Assembly (NCBI RefSeq): GCF_012927415.1
Contig: NZ_JABBPF010000015.1
Coordinates: 20,213 to 84,212, forward strand
Reading direction: 5' to 3'
Origin: Polaromonas sp.
GTDB taxonomy: Bacteria; Pseudomonadota; Gammaproteobacteria; Burkholderiales; Burkholderiaceae_C
Length of the DNA stretch: 64,000 nucleotides
Positions within the stretch are counted from its first letter, which is position 1. Each line of letters begins with the position of its first letter. The position numbers and the translations under genes are program-made. Below are positions 17,583-26,927 of this stretch, piece by piece. The notes under the pieces are model-generated. The model saw only the letters and a program-made list of their open reading frames with translations, made no database searches and was not told the DNA's origin.

Positions 17583-17785
17583 GGTGGAACACTGGAACAC
17601 ATGGAATGGTAGTTTTCCTACCTTTACCTTTTGCCCCAGGCTGTCCCTTGTGGTTTTTTTTAACTACTTCAATTAGTTTTAATAAAAGAAGTGTTCCATG
17701 TGTTCTACCCCGCCAGAACCCGCATGGATAGGGGCTTTGGATGGAACCGACAGAAGTGGTCCGCTTGCGTTCCATGTGTTCCACC
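17583..17785. repeat. iteron-like repeats TTCCATGTGTTC(C/T)A (3 copies, one inverted) flanking an AT-rich stretch; putative origin or operator
   Basis: Motif at 17593-17606 (inverted), 17694-17707 and 17770-17783. AT-rich segment at 17651-17690. Confidence 0.6.
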
Positions 17786-17791
17786 TATCCG

Positions 17792-20128
17792 TCAGAAAAG
17801 TGAAGGCGGCAAGAAGCCGCGCTTTTTCACACCGTGGACCCGCTTGTTCACATAGGTATAACCTTGTCGTATAAGCGACTTTTTGACCCTTGCCAGTTGT
17901 TGTTTCGCTATTTGCGAATTGGGCAAGCACAATGCCTCCCTCAGCACCTCTCCCGCAGTCAAAAACTCGCGCTCAAACGGCGTGCGGTTTCCTGCAAAGT
18001 CGGGTTCGCGAAGCCATTTATGGATGACGTTATCCCACTCATCATGCTCGGCAAAGGTCGCGTGCTCGTCTTCTGCCAGGCGTTCTGCTTGTTGGTGAAG
18101 CACGCCATGTGCTTTAAATTGTTCCCGCGCTTCTGCCCATAATTGATCTCTGTCGCGCGCGATAGCGTCGGGGTCACACATCCCACATTGAAACGGTAGC
18201 CATCTACGGTTGCCGGTTTCATCGGCCAGAAAATCATCTTTATTGGTTGTGCCAAAGAACATGTTCCTGCGCCTGTATCGCACGGTCCATTCCTTATATT
18301 TGGGTGTCCATTCCTCATGTGATCGGGTGATGAAGGATTTGATGTATTCGGCATCTCGCGAACTGAGCCCCTTTAATTCGTCGAGCTCGATAATCAATTT
18401 CCCGCGCATGATGCGGGCCAGATCGTCGTCTCGGCTGCTAAGGTCAATCGCGGTGTAAAAATCAGGTGCTGGCACCAGCGCAGCCACCGCCGACGACTTC
18501 CGCATACCCTGCGCTCCAACGGCAATAGGCACCATGTCGCACTTGATCCCGGGCTGCAGCACACGCCCCGCCGCCGCGGTCCAGAAGTACAGGCCCACAG
18601 CGCACGCGTACGGGGTGTCGGCTACGCAGAAATAGGTCTGTAGGAACCGTTCAATCCTCGGTTTTCCGTCCCACTGCGCCCTGTCAAGCCAATGCTGAGC
18701 AGAGTCAAACGAATTCGCTTCGGCGACATACGCGACAACATCGCGGATTAATTCCTTGCTGATGCTCTGAAATCTGCCACGCTCCAGGCGAAGGCACAAC
18801 TCTGTGTAGTCTGTGTCCTTGAGTGATCTCCAACCCTCGGTGCCGTTTTCAGCGAGCATCGTTTCATCTCTGAACTCGTCATGCCGTAATTGATAACCGC
18901 ATATATCTGGACGGCTGAGTGCTTGAAGGATGTTGTCTTTTGACGCCTTGATATCGCCCGTAGTCGTATTGCGTTGGAATGCAGGCCAGGCTTCTGTCTC
19001 GTTAGGTGCAGGCAGGTTGTCGGGCAAACCGTCTGCTGTCGGTGCGTTCCATTCAGGATTCAATTTGTACGCCATGTCGTACAGCGTGCCGCGCGTTATG
19101 CGTTTTCCTTCCTTGTTGTCTCGGCATCTATCCCACGTCGCCCGAGTGGGGCGCCTACCGGCGTTTACGGGGTTCTGGCCTTCCCATTCTTTGAAAAGGT
19201 CGAAAGCTTCTTCATCGCCTCCACTGGCCTCATGTGTGGCAAACAGCAAATTGCGCCATGTATCGTAATTTGTTGCGGCGCTTGTGGTGCTTAGTTCGGT
19301 TGCCAGTGGCGCCACGGCCGCCAACGCTCGTGCGATTTTTTCGATAGGGTCAGGTGGTGCGAGTTCGGCCATCTCAAGTTCATGGACTGGTTGTGCCAAT
19401 TGCGGGACGCCATCCGACACCTGCCAGGCCATGCGCGGTGCTGACTCAGGAATCGCGGCTGCCAGGCATAGGTCGAATTCGTCTACCAGCGGCTCGCTTT
19501 TGTTCCAAAATGGCAAGATTGCCATGTTCCCATTGCTCCCAGGGCCAGAAGCATTTAAGCGTTCTTGCTTGGGGAAAATCTCAACTTGGCCAGCAGCTAT
19601 GCCGCCTGTGCCTTCGCTGAACCCTTCAATAGCAAGTACCGTGACCAATGTGCGCCGAACGCTGTACGCGTCCTGCAGCGTGTCCCATATCATCCAAAGA
19701 TGAATACCTGCGCCACCGGACGATCGGAATGCGGTAGGGCGCAAACACGTATTCTTCAGGCCAGCGCAGAGCCGTTCGGCGGTTAGCAGCATGTCATCGA
19801 ATGTGGTTTCGCCGTTGTGGCTGTCCAGGTCCAGAAGTGCAATCTTCGTGGTGGACTGGCCGGGCGACATTAGCCCAATACCGCAACCCCTGCGACCGTC
19901 GAGATGCGCGTCGATATGCTTTTCCGTAAGCGGGTAATCGGCCCATTTCGGGATAGCGCCATGATCTTTACACGCACATCGATCCTGTCGGGCGCGCTCG
20001 GTAAGGGCCCGCAGTAATTCACGTTTATGCTTTTTCGAGAAAGTCTCCCGACTATTCAATAAATTCCCTTTATCGTCTGTCGAGTTCGTGTTTTCGTCGG
20101 CAGACGCTGCTTCAGTGAGTGGAGTCAC
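17792..20128 (-). CDS. replication protein: AEP prim-pol + PriCT-like + VirE-type P-loop domain
   Basis: ALLDLDSH and SSGGAGIHLW (AEP motifs). NYDTWRNLLFATHEASGG (PriCT-like). GAQGMRKSS Walker A and IIELDEL Walker B in a VirE-like C-terminus. GTG start with AGGAAA RBS. Confidence 0.8.
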   Translation of the reverse strand: MTPLTEAASADENTNSTDDKGNLLNSRETFSKKHKRELLRALTERARQDRCACKDHGAIPKWADYPLTEKHIDAHLDGRRGCGIGLMSPGQSTTKIALLDLDSHNGETTFDDMLLTAERLCAGLKNTCLRPTAFRSSGGAGIHLWMIWDTLQDAYSVRRTLVTVLAIEGFSEGTGGIAAGQVEIFPKQERLNASGPGSNGNMAILPFWNKSEPLVDEFDLCLAAAIPESAPRMAWQVSDGVPQLAQPVHELEMAELAPPDPIEKIARALAAVAPLATELSTTSAATNYDTWRNLLFATHEASGGDEEAFDLFKEWEGQNPVNAGRRPTRATWDRCRDNKEGKRITRGTLYDMAYKLNPEWNAPTADGLPDNLPAPNETEAWPAFQRNTTTGDIKASKDNILQALSRPDICGYQLRHDEFRDETMLAENGTEGWRSLKDTDYTELCLRLERGRFQSISKELIRDVVAYVAEANSFDSAQHWLDRAQWDGKPRIERFLQTYFCVADTPYACAVGLYFWTAAAGRVLQPGIKCDMVPIAVGAQGMRKSSAVAALVPAPDFYTAIDLSSRDDDLARIMRGKLIIELDELKGLSSRDAEYIKSFITRSHEEWTPKYKEWTVRYRRRNMFFGTTNKDDFLADETGNRRWLPFQCGMCDPDAIARDRDQLWAEAREQFKAHGVLHQQAERLAEDEHATFAEHDEWDNVIHKWLREPDFAGNRTPFEREFLTAGEVLREALCLPNSQIAKQQLARVKKSLIRQGYTYVNKRVHGVKKRGFLPPSLF

Positions 20129-20244
20129 GGTAGTTTCCTGTGTTTTGTTCTTACAGCCCTTAGGTCGCAGCGCCTGAAGGCTTTTCTTTTGGGTATGCGA
20201 ACGGCGCTAGGCAGCGTCGTCGTTTCGTCGCGCTGCACGCGCAG

Positions 20245-20454
20245 TTAGGCCACGCCCAGCACACGCTTGATATCAGCGACGGGCCAGGCAAGTCGGCCAG
20301 AAATACGGATGGGATTCACAGCGCCATCCTGATAGACAGCCCAGCAGCGTAAAGTTTGCGGACGGCGGTTCAGGTAATAAGCAGCGGCGGCAGTGTCCAC
20401 TGTTGGACGGGTAACAGATTCCAGAGTTGGAAACTGCGTAATTGCGTTTGTCAT
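20245..20454 (-). CDS. AlpA-like/HTH_17 DNA-binding protein
   Basis: 69 aa. AAAYYLNRRPQTLRCW…IRISGRLAWPVADIKRVL. GGGAG RBS. Confidence 0.55.
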   Translation of the reverse strand: MTNAITQFPTLESVTRPTVDTAAAAYYLNRRPQTLRCWAVYQDGAVNPIRISGRLAWPVADIKRVLGVA

Positions 20455-20565
20455 TCAGAGGCTCCCATTCGTGTTGATGAAAGCGAGTTTCCTTTTTGCC
20501 CGTGCTGATTGATACCCCAAATGTCCGGTGTGTCTATAGAAAGACTGAAGCGCACAACCCATGCA

Positions 20566-20979
20566 CTACTTTTTAGATAGGCGGTCTATCCGCTTACGCG
20601 CTGTATTGTCATCAACTGCATCATGCAGTGACCCGTCGATACGTGCCGTATGGATTGCACCGGCTTTTGTGTAACCCTCAAAACCTTGAAGTACTGTGGC
20701 AACTTCTGCAAATGCACGGTGATGCTCGTACTTTCCACTTAGACCCGCTGCCCTTAAAACCGCATCAGCCCGGCGTGCAGTGGGGGCAGTTTTGCCTCCC
20801 GCTGCCAGTAGGCACCGTGCAAGTTCTCGCATGAACAGCATGTCATCGGTGTCCGTCCCGCCGTCCGCCACACGCTGCAGTACTGTCTCTACTACATTGC
20901 GGTTCGGTGTGTGGTCGGCTTGACGGTCTTGGTGCCAAAGCGCGTCCAAGGCTTTTACAACTTCTTCATCATCGATCAT
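20566..20979 (-). CDS. hypothetical protein
   Basis: 137-aa ORF overlapping the integrase stop by 4 nt. Confidence 0.45.
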   Translation of the reverse strand: MIDDEEVVKALDALWHQDRQADHTPNRNVVETVLQRVADGGTDTDDMLFMRELARCLLAAGGKTAPTARRADAVLRAAGLSGKYEHHRAFAEVATVLQGFEGYTKAGAIHTARIDGSLHDAVDDNTARKRIDRLSKK

Positions 20980-22307
20980 GCTGCCACCACGCGAATCGCA
21001 CCGGCTAGTGCGTTGGCATCGAACACAATCCCAGCCTGTTCCAGAATCCAGGCTTCAATCTTTTCGTGGTGAACCCGAAGCAGTTCCAGCGGACGCACGG
21101 TGTAATGCTTCTCGGCAGTGGCGCTGGGTTTGTGCCCTTGAATTTGTGCCACCACGCCAACGGGAACTTCAAGCCACTCGGTCAGGCTCTTGAAGGAACG
21201 GCGAAGGCCGTGCAAAGTCAGCCCTTCAAGGCCAGCAGCCTTGCACGCGCGGGTGTGTGGGTTGTTTGGCTCAGTGAGGCAGCCGGTTGCGCTCGTGTGG
21301 CTTGGAAACACCCATTCATTGCGGCGGGGCAGGGCAGACAGTAGGAGCAGCATGTATGGCGTTGCAGGTATCTCGCGGGTTCCGTCTACCTTGTCCCGGA
21401 TGCTGATTCCCTTCCATTGGGTGTTCACATCCTTCCAGCGCAGCGCCAAAACTTCCCCGGGCCTCGCGCCAGTGAGCAACATCATTTGCAGGCAGGCGGC
21501 AATTACCGGGTTCTGTATCTGTTGCACGACGGCAAACCATGCGGTCAATTGCCCACGCTGGAGAACGTCTGATTTAGTCCCGGCCTTGCCCAGCGCTTCG
21601 CGGGCTTTCTTGGTTTTGGCTGGGTTTTTTGCAGGCAGCAGTCCAGCGTACGCAGGCTGTTCACCGCACCACGTCAAGAATACGGTCAGCAGTCGCCATG
21701 CAAGCCGGGCAGATGATGGACGGGCTTTGCCTTCAATAGCAGCCCAGCGTTCGATTGTGGCTTGATCAAGGTCTTTTAGTCGTAGCGGCATCAGGCCAGC
21801 CAGCGGCCCCGGCTTTGTCAGATGCTTGCCGCCTCCACGACGGCCAGATGGCAGTCCCCCAGCTTTGGCCTTGTCCATATGGTCGCGGAAGTGCAGGTCA
21901 CCCCAAAACTGTCGGCGCTCTTCAATGTATGTGGCCCAAACCTCGCCTACGGTCAGGGCTGATACCTTGTCGGCTTCCACTTTGGCGGCGGCTGCGGCCT
22001 GCTTAGTTGTCGTCGCTACTACAGCATCGCGCTTTAGGTCGCGGGGGTCTTTACCCTCATCTATCAGGCGTTGAAGCTCTCGGGTCTTTTCTTGAGCTTG
22101 AGGAATGCTCCAAGCAGAGGTGGAACCTATGGTGATACGGATGCTTTTTTGCTTGAACTCTCCTTGAAACACATAGGCAGGTTTCCCGGCCGGCGTTGCT
22201 CTAAGCCCCAGCCCCGGCGCTGTCACGTCCCACAGAAAAATCTGAGGCTTATCAGTCAGACATTTGAACGCGGCAACCCGGCCAGCGGTGAATGCAATCT
22301 TTGCCAT
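20976..22307 (-). CDS. int: tyrosine site-specific integrase (P4-type, DUF4102 N-terminal arm-binding domain)
   Basis: N-terminus LWDVTAPGLGLRATPAGKPAYVFQ… is DUF4102-like. C-terminal catalytic region TGARPGE…HGLRRSF…GHKPSATAEKHY. Confidence 0.9.
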   Translation of the reverse strand: MAKIAFTAGRVAAFKCLTDKPQIFLWDVTAPGLGLRATPAGKPAYVFQGEFKQKSIRITIGSTSAWSIPQAQEKTRELQRLIDEGKDPRDLKRDAVVATTTKQAAAAAKVEADKVSALTVGEVWATYIEERRQFWGDLHFRDHMDKAKAGGLPSGRRGGGKHLTKPGPLAGLMPLRLKDLDQATIERWAAIEGKARPSSARLAWRLLTVFLTWCGEQPAYAGLLPAKNPAKTKKAREALGKAGTKSDVLQRGQLTAWFAVVQQIQNPVIAACLQMMLLTGARPGEVLALRWKDVNTQWKGISIRDKVDGTREIPATPYMLLLLSALPRRNEWVFPSHTSATGCLTEPNNPHTRACKAAGLEGLTLHGLRRSFKSLTEWLEVPVGVVAQIQGHKPSATAEKHYTVRPLELLRVHHEKIEAWILEQAGIVFDANALAGAIRVVAA

Positions 22308-22322
22308 GTCTAACCCTTTGCG

Positions 22323-22359
22323 CCCTTACATCGCCAGGATGTAAGGGCGGATGTAAGAC
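22323..22359. repeat. GATGTAAG repeats next to int (one inverted + two direct), putative arm-type sites, right arm
   Basis: cccttacatc (inverted copy) followed by gatgtaagggcggatgtaagac, which is identical to 201-222. Confidence 0.55.
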
Positions 22360-22486
22360 AATTTGCTGAATATTGACCTATTTCAATCAACATTCAAACC
22401 GGGAAATGTTCGCTATAGTTGGTCTAACACGTTGATTTAAAACAATTATACCTACATCAATCAACAGTGAAAAATATTAAAAAGTT

Positions 22487-22538
22487 AGGATTGTGATTCC
22501 TGTTGTCGTGGGTTCGAGCCCCATCAGCCACCCCAAGT
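22487..22538 (+). repeat. attR: displaced native 3' part of tRNA-His (52-bp direct repeat)
   Basis: Identical to 96-147. Confidence 0.9.
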
Positions 22539-22550
22539 TTAGTGAAAAAA

Positions 22551-22579
22551 GCCTGCTATCAGTTCAATAGCGGGCTTTT
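22551..22579 (+). terminator. native tRNA-His terminator hairpin
   Basis: gcctgctat-cagttca-atagcgggc followed by TTTT. Confidence 0.65.
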
Positions 22580-22916
22580 CCATTTGATGACCTTGTAGGC
22601 GATCTCTAGGTAACTTGATTAAATACAGCGCCAGCACTAAATAAAAGAAAAATAAAAGAAAAACCCAACGTGAAGAGCCTGATTATTTGCGGCAAGTTTT
22701 ACGCTCCGAATAAGGTCCGTAGTTCAATTCAGGCAGGAACCGTCAAAGTAGTTACAAGGCTCACGGTTGTTTTTCCAAGAAATGCAATGAATGCCGCAAG
22801 TTCTTTCTACACCGTTGATCGCCTGCGCTGAACGAACGAACGATTGAGCACTCCATCAACAATAGATTGGATATGTGCTCGATAACTTGCTGGAAGACCC
22901 GGATCCGGTATTTCGC

Positions 22917-23663
22917 TTAAGGCAGGTGTGCAGCCCGGCTGTCCAGTGGCGCCACAAAAGAGTTGTTAAGCTGCCAGGCGCCCGCGCCAAAGTCACTTTC
23001 AAAATGCTGACTTTCCGGACTGTTGACCGACTCTGGCGCATTGTCCTGAGCAAGCGCGCCCAGCTCGTTGGCGCGGTTGTTGCGCTGCAGGTTGATGGCT
23101 GTGTGCAGTTTTTCACGCGCCGCAGCTATGGTGGCGCCATCACTTTCCGAGTCTCCGGCTACCTGCGGCATTTCCCCCAAAAACTCGATGCGAATTTCTT
23201 CCATCGTAGGCAGGTTGTGGGAATTGACTACGCAGTAAGCAATGCCGCACTGCGACAGTAGCGTGAGTTTGAGTTGCCGGTTGCTTCTTGATATGCCGTG
23301 TGCCCGGGGAACATCCACGCAACCCACCACACGACCATCCGCCGCGCAGATATTGAAGGTGCAATATACACCGCTGAGCAGTTGATACCAGTGGGCACCA
23401 CTTTCCCTTGAGCGGGGAAGTGTGAAGCGCGTCACGGGAATTTTGATCATGATGTGGTGATCATAAAAAACCTTGCTTAGCCACACCCATACCTTGCACT
23501 CCTCGGTATTGGCTATCACGCGGGAATGAAGCGGCCAGCGCTTGGGAATGCGCTTGCGCCTGCGGGCCAGCACTTTCGCCCGCCACGCAAAAGCGAGAAA
23601 GCCGCCGATCAACCCAACGGTTGCAGCCAAAACGGTGAACACCCACGCTGAAGATGAGTTCAT
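22917..23663 (-). CDS. membrane-anchored protein, possibly DUF2726 (nuclease-fold) family
   Basis: N-terminal TM helix + RRRKR. The core (ECKVWVWLSKVF…IMIKIPVTRF…CVDV) resembles DUF2726. Assignment from memory only. Confidence 0.4.
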   Translation of the reverse strand: MNSSSAWVFTVLAATVGLIGGFLAFAWRAKVLARRRKRIPKRWPLHSRVIANTEECKVWVWLSKVFYDHHIMIKIPVTRFTLPRSRESGAHWYQLLSGVYCTFNICAADGRVVGCVDVPRAHGISRSNRQLKLTLLSQCGIAYCVVNSHNLPTMEEIRIEFLGEMPQVAGDSESDGATIAAAREKLHTAINLQRNNRANELGALAQDNAPESVNSPESQHFESDFGAGAWQLNNSFVAPLDSRAAHLP

Positions 23664-24010
23664 GAAGCACTCCCATATTCATACTGTTACTTAATGTAAA
23701 CCAGGGCCAGCATATTGCGGTGGGCTTAATCGACAAAGTTTCGATTCTTGCAGACTTGTTTTAAACCGGCGAGCCAGACAGGTGACAGCTCCGCTGTACG
23801 CCACGACGCCAGCAAGTGGACGGAAAAAGATAGTGGCGGTGGGGGCCTTGCAATGCGTTTGTCATCACCCAAGCCCGAACATGATGATTGGGTTGTAAGG
23901 GGGATGTAAAAATAAGTGACAAGTGTTGCTTGTTCGGCACTGTTAAACAAGTCCACACGCCGGTCTGCAGGCAAGTGGTGGGGCGTGGACGGCCCGGCGA
24001 CAATAAGACG

Positions 24011-24763
24011 ATGGCGAACACACATATGAAATTGCAGGAAATTCTTTTCTCTCAAGGTTTTGGCACGCGGCGCATCTGTTCGGGTCTGGTTCAGCAAGGG
24101 TTTGTGGCCGTGGCAGGTGTTGTGTGCACCGAGCCCGCCGCAGAATTCGTGGCTGATAACCTGCATTTCACTGTGCAGGATGTAGCGTGGCAATACCATG
24201 AGAAAGCGTATTTGATGCTTTACAAGCCGGCTGGCTACGAATGCTCGCAAAAGCCCAGCACTTACCCCAGCATCTACACCCTGTTGCCTGCACCGATTCG
24301 TCAGCGCGGTGGCGGCGCGGCGGCCGGCGTACAGGCGGTGGGGCGACTCGATCAGGATACGACGGGCCTGTTGCTGCTGTCGGACGACGGCAAGTTCATT
24401 CACCGCATGAGCTCACCCAAGCATCATGTGCCTAAAGTCTATGACGTGACAGCCAAGCATGCGGTGGACGACAAACAGCTTCAAAAGCTGCTTGCGGGCG
24501 TGGTGCTGGACGATGACCCGAAGCCGGTCCGGGCTGCTGCCTGCGCGCAGACCGGAGAGTTGCAGCTCAGCTTGACACTGACTGAAGGCAAGTACCATCA
24601 GGTCAAGCGCATGATTGCCGCTGTGGGAAACCGGGTGGATGCACTGCACCGTTCGCGCATCGGCGGGCTGGCCCTACCGGCTGACCTCAGGCCGGGTGAA
24701 TGGCGCTGGTTGACGGTGCAGGATATGGTCGCTATTTCCACCGCACGTCCGCTTACGGCGTGA
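24011..24763 (+). CDS. pseudouridine synthase, RsuA/RluB family (S4 domain + catalytic GRLDxDTTGLLLL)
   Basis: GRLDQDTTGLLLLSDDG and PKVYDV motifs. Start is ATG 24011 or 24026; the ORF track starts at 23888. Confidence 0.85.
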   Translation: MANTHMKLQEILFSQGFGTRRICSGLVQQGFVAVAGVVCTEPAAEFVADNLHFTVQDVAWQYHEKAYLMLYKPAGYECSQKPSTYPSIYTLLPAPIRQRGGGAAAGVQAVGRLDQDTTGLLLLSDDGKFIHRMSSPKHHVPKVYDVTAKHAVDDKQLQKLLAGVVLDDDPKPVRAAACAQTGELQLSLTLTEGKYHQVKRMIAAVGNRVDALHRSRIGGLALPADLRPGEWRWLTVQDMVAISTARPLTA

Positions 24764-25052
24764 CCTAGTCGGCGTCACTTATGCGAAGAGACACAGAATA
24801 TGCGCCAGGAGCGCTGTGCCGGGCTGTCAGTTTCCTAAAATAATGGAAAATGGTCTGCTGTCCAGGTATATTCGTCACCTACTGCTATAAAAAAAATAGC
24901 AAAAGTTTTTTCTTCAAGGCAGATGTGTACTGTTGTCGCAGATAAATTATTTACCAAGCGCGCAGAAGCAGGGCGCGTTTGTTAGTTTGCCCGTCGGTTG
25001 GGCGTCGCGGCACGCATACACTAGTCGACCGACCCTTGAAAGATTCTTTTTT

Positions 25053-26081
25053 GTGAATGTTTTCCCCCGTTTTTTGGCCGCCGGCCTGTGCGCTGTTACC
25101 GGCCTGATAAGCTTGCCTTTGCTGGCGCAACTGGCGACGCCATTGCCTGTTTCCGGCGTTCAAGTTACCGCGACTATGACTCCGGTGTTTGTGCTCAACT
25201 CGTTAGATAATAGTGTCAGCGTCATCAATCCGGTGAACTGGTCTGAAATCAAGCGAATCGACACTGGCAAGCAGCCGCATCACCTCTACTTCACACCCGA
25301 CGAAAAGTCGGTGATCGTGGCCAATGCACTGTCAGATTCGCTGACCTTCATTGACCCGAAAACCGCCGAAGTGCAGCGCACAGTGCGCGGTGTGCTTGAT
25401 CCCTATCAGTTGCGGTTTTCTCCCGACATGAAATGGTTTGTAACGGCTGCGAATCGGCTGAACCACATTGACATTTACCGCTGGGACGGCAGCGAGATGA
25501 CCTTGGCCAAGCGGGTGTCCACAGGCAAAACGCCCAGCCATTTGTGGATTGATAGCAAAAGCAGCACGATTTATTCCACCATGCAGGACAGCGACGAGTT
25601 GATTGCGGTCGATCTGGCCCAGCAGGCCGTGAAGTGGCGCATCAAAACCGGTCCCATGCCGGCCGACGTGTTCGGTACGGCGGACGACAAATTCATGCTG
25701 GTGGCTCTTACGGGTAGCGACGCGGTCGAGGTTTATGACGTGGCGGGCAAGGAGCCCAAGCGCGTCAAGGTCATCAAGACCGCGGCCGGCGCCCATGCGT
25801 TCCGCGCCTTCGGCGACAAACGGCATCTGCTGGTGAGTAACCGTGTCGCCAACACCATCAGCAGAATTGATCTGCAGACGCTGGAGGTGGTGGATAACTA
25901 CCCGGCGCCCGGCGGGCCTGACTGCATGGACGTGAGCCGCGACGGCAAGCAGATTCTGGTGACCTCGCGCTGGATTCGCAGGCTTACGATTATTGACGTT
26001 GCCACCCGAAAGGTGGTGCGCCAGGTCAACGTTGGGAGGAGTCCTCATGGCGTCTGGACGCTGGATCACGCGCCGCGTTAA
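25053..26081 (+). CDS. YVTN-family beta-propeller repeat protein (exported)
   Basis: Repeated …D.S..VID… blades (NSVSVINP, DSLTFIDP, ELIAVDL, RLTIIDV). GTG 25053 gives a signal-peptide-like N-terminus. The start is uncertain (ORF opens at 24933). Confidence 0.7.
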   Translation: MNVFPRFLAAGLCAVTGLISLPLLAQLATPLPVSGVQVTATMTPVFVLNSLDNSVSVINPVNWSEIKRIDTGKQPHHLYFTPDEKSVIVANALSDSLTFIDPKTAEVQRTVRGVLDPYQLRFSPDMKWFVTAANRLNHIDIYRWDGSEMTLAKRVSTGKTPSHLWIDSKSSTIYSTMQDSDELIAVDLAQQAVKWRIKTGPMPADVFGTADDKFMLVALTGSDAVEVYDVAGKEPKRVKVIKTAAGAHAFRAFGDKRHLLVSNRVANTISRIDLQTLEVVDNYPAPGGPDCMDVSRDGKQILVTSRWIRRLTIIDVATRKVVRQVNVGRSPHGVWTLDHAPR

Positions 26082-26925
26082 ACCGGCCTCACTTGCTATT
26101 TTTGTAATAGCTGCTTGTATAGATTCTTCTAGGGCTACAGGCTATTTCGACAATAAAATCACGCAAACTGCAGCCTGCAAGCCGGTTTACCTGACGCTGG
26201 ACACCGGCCACATGGAAGTGGCGCCCATGGTGGCCGAAATACTGAACCGGCATCAGGCCAAGGTTACCTTTTTTGCCGCCAATGAGCGTACCAAAACTGG
26301 CGACGGCAGTCTGGGCGCGTACTGGGCCAGCTGGTGGAAGGCACGCGCTGCGGAGGGCCACGAGTTTGCCTCCCACACCTACGATCACACCTATTGGCGC
26401 GCCGATGTGCCGGGAGCGCCCGGGAAGGCAACGCAATTCCGGATGCGTCCCTCGGCAGGGCCTTTTGAGGGCAGAGACCTGACCTGGACCGCGCGGCAAT
26501 ACTGCGAAGAAATCGGCCATGCCAGCACACGGCTGCAGGAAATTACGGGTAAAAAACCACTGCCGCTTTTCCGCGCGCCAGGCGGCAAAACTTCGCCGCA
26601 ATTGTTGGCCGCGGCCAAGGCCTGCGGTTATGACCATGTGGGCTGGTCGCCTGCGGGCTTTCTGGGCGATGAATTGCCCAGCGACCAATATCCCAACGAC
26701 ACGCTCCTGAAAAAGGCATTGAAAAGTATCCAGCCCGGTGATATTTTGCTGGCGCACATCGGCATCTGGTCACGCAAGGACCCTTGGGCGCCGGCGGTGC
26801 TGGAGCCCCTGATTACCGGTTTGCAGTCGCGTGGTTTCTGTTTTAAAACCCTGCGCGAACACCCCCAATACAAGACGTGGATTGAAGCGCAGCCTGGCTT
26901 GACTACGCTTCAGCCGGCAAGATAG
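26047..26925 (+). CDS. polysaccharide deacetylase (NodB-type) family protein
   Basis: LTLDTGH … HTYDH … RAPGG motifs. ATG 26047 is preceded by GGGAGGAG. Overlaps the 3' end of the upstream gene. Confidence 0.8.
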   Translation: MASGRWITRRVKPASLAIFVIAACIDSSRATGYFDNKITQTAACKPVYLTLDTGHMEVAPMVAEILNRHQAKVTFFAANERTKTGDGSLGAYWASWWKARAAEGHEFASHTYDHTYWRADVPGAPGKATQFRMRPSAGPFEGRDLTWTARQYCEEIGHASTRLQEITGKKPLPLFRAPGGKTSPQLLAAAKACGYDHVGWSPAGFLGDELPSDQYPNDTLLKKALKSIQPGDILLAHIGIWSRKDPWAPAVLEPLITGLQSRGFCFKTLREHPQYKTWIEAQPGLTTLQPAR

Positions 26926-26927
26926 AC

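Larger units (their letters stand above)
96..22538. mobile_element. tRNA-His-integrated genomic island (~22.4 kb), P4/PICI-like integrative element with cargo genes
   Basis: Flanking 52-bp direct repeats. Tyrosine integrase next to attR. AlpA-like HTH genes, prim-pol/VirE replication gene, iterons. Cargo is lower in GC than the flanks. Confidence 0.85.

Noticed and set aside
22639-22660. 11-bp tandem duplication aaataaaagaa x2; checked as a possible CRISPR or VNTR
   Set aside because: Only two copies and no spacers. No CRISPR-like array exists anywhere in the window.
23726-24403. 225-aa minus-strand ORF
   Set aside because: Overlaps the pseudouridine synthase gene, which has clear catalytic motifs. 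No support of its own.
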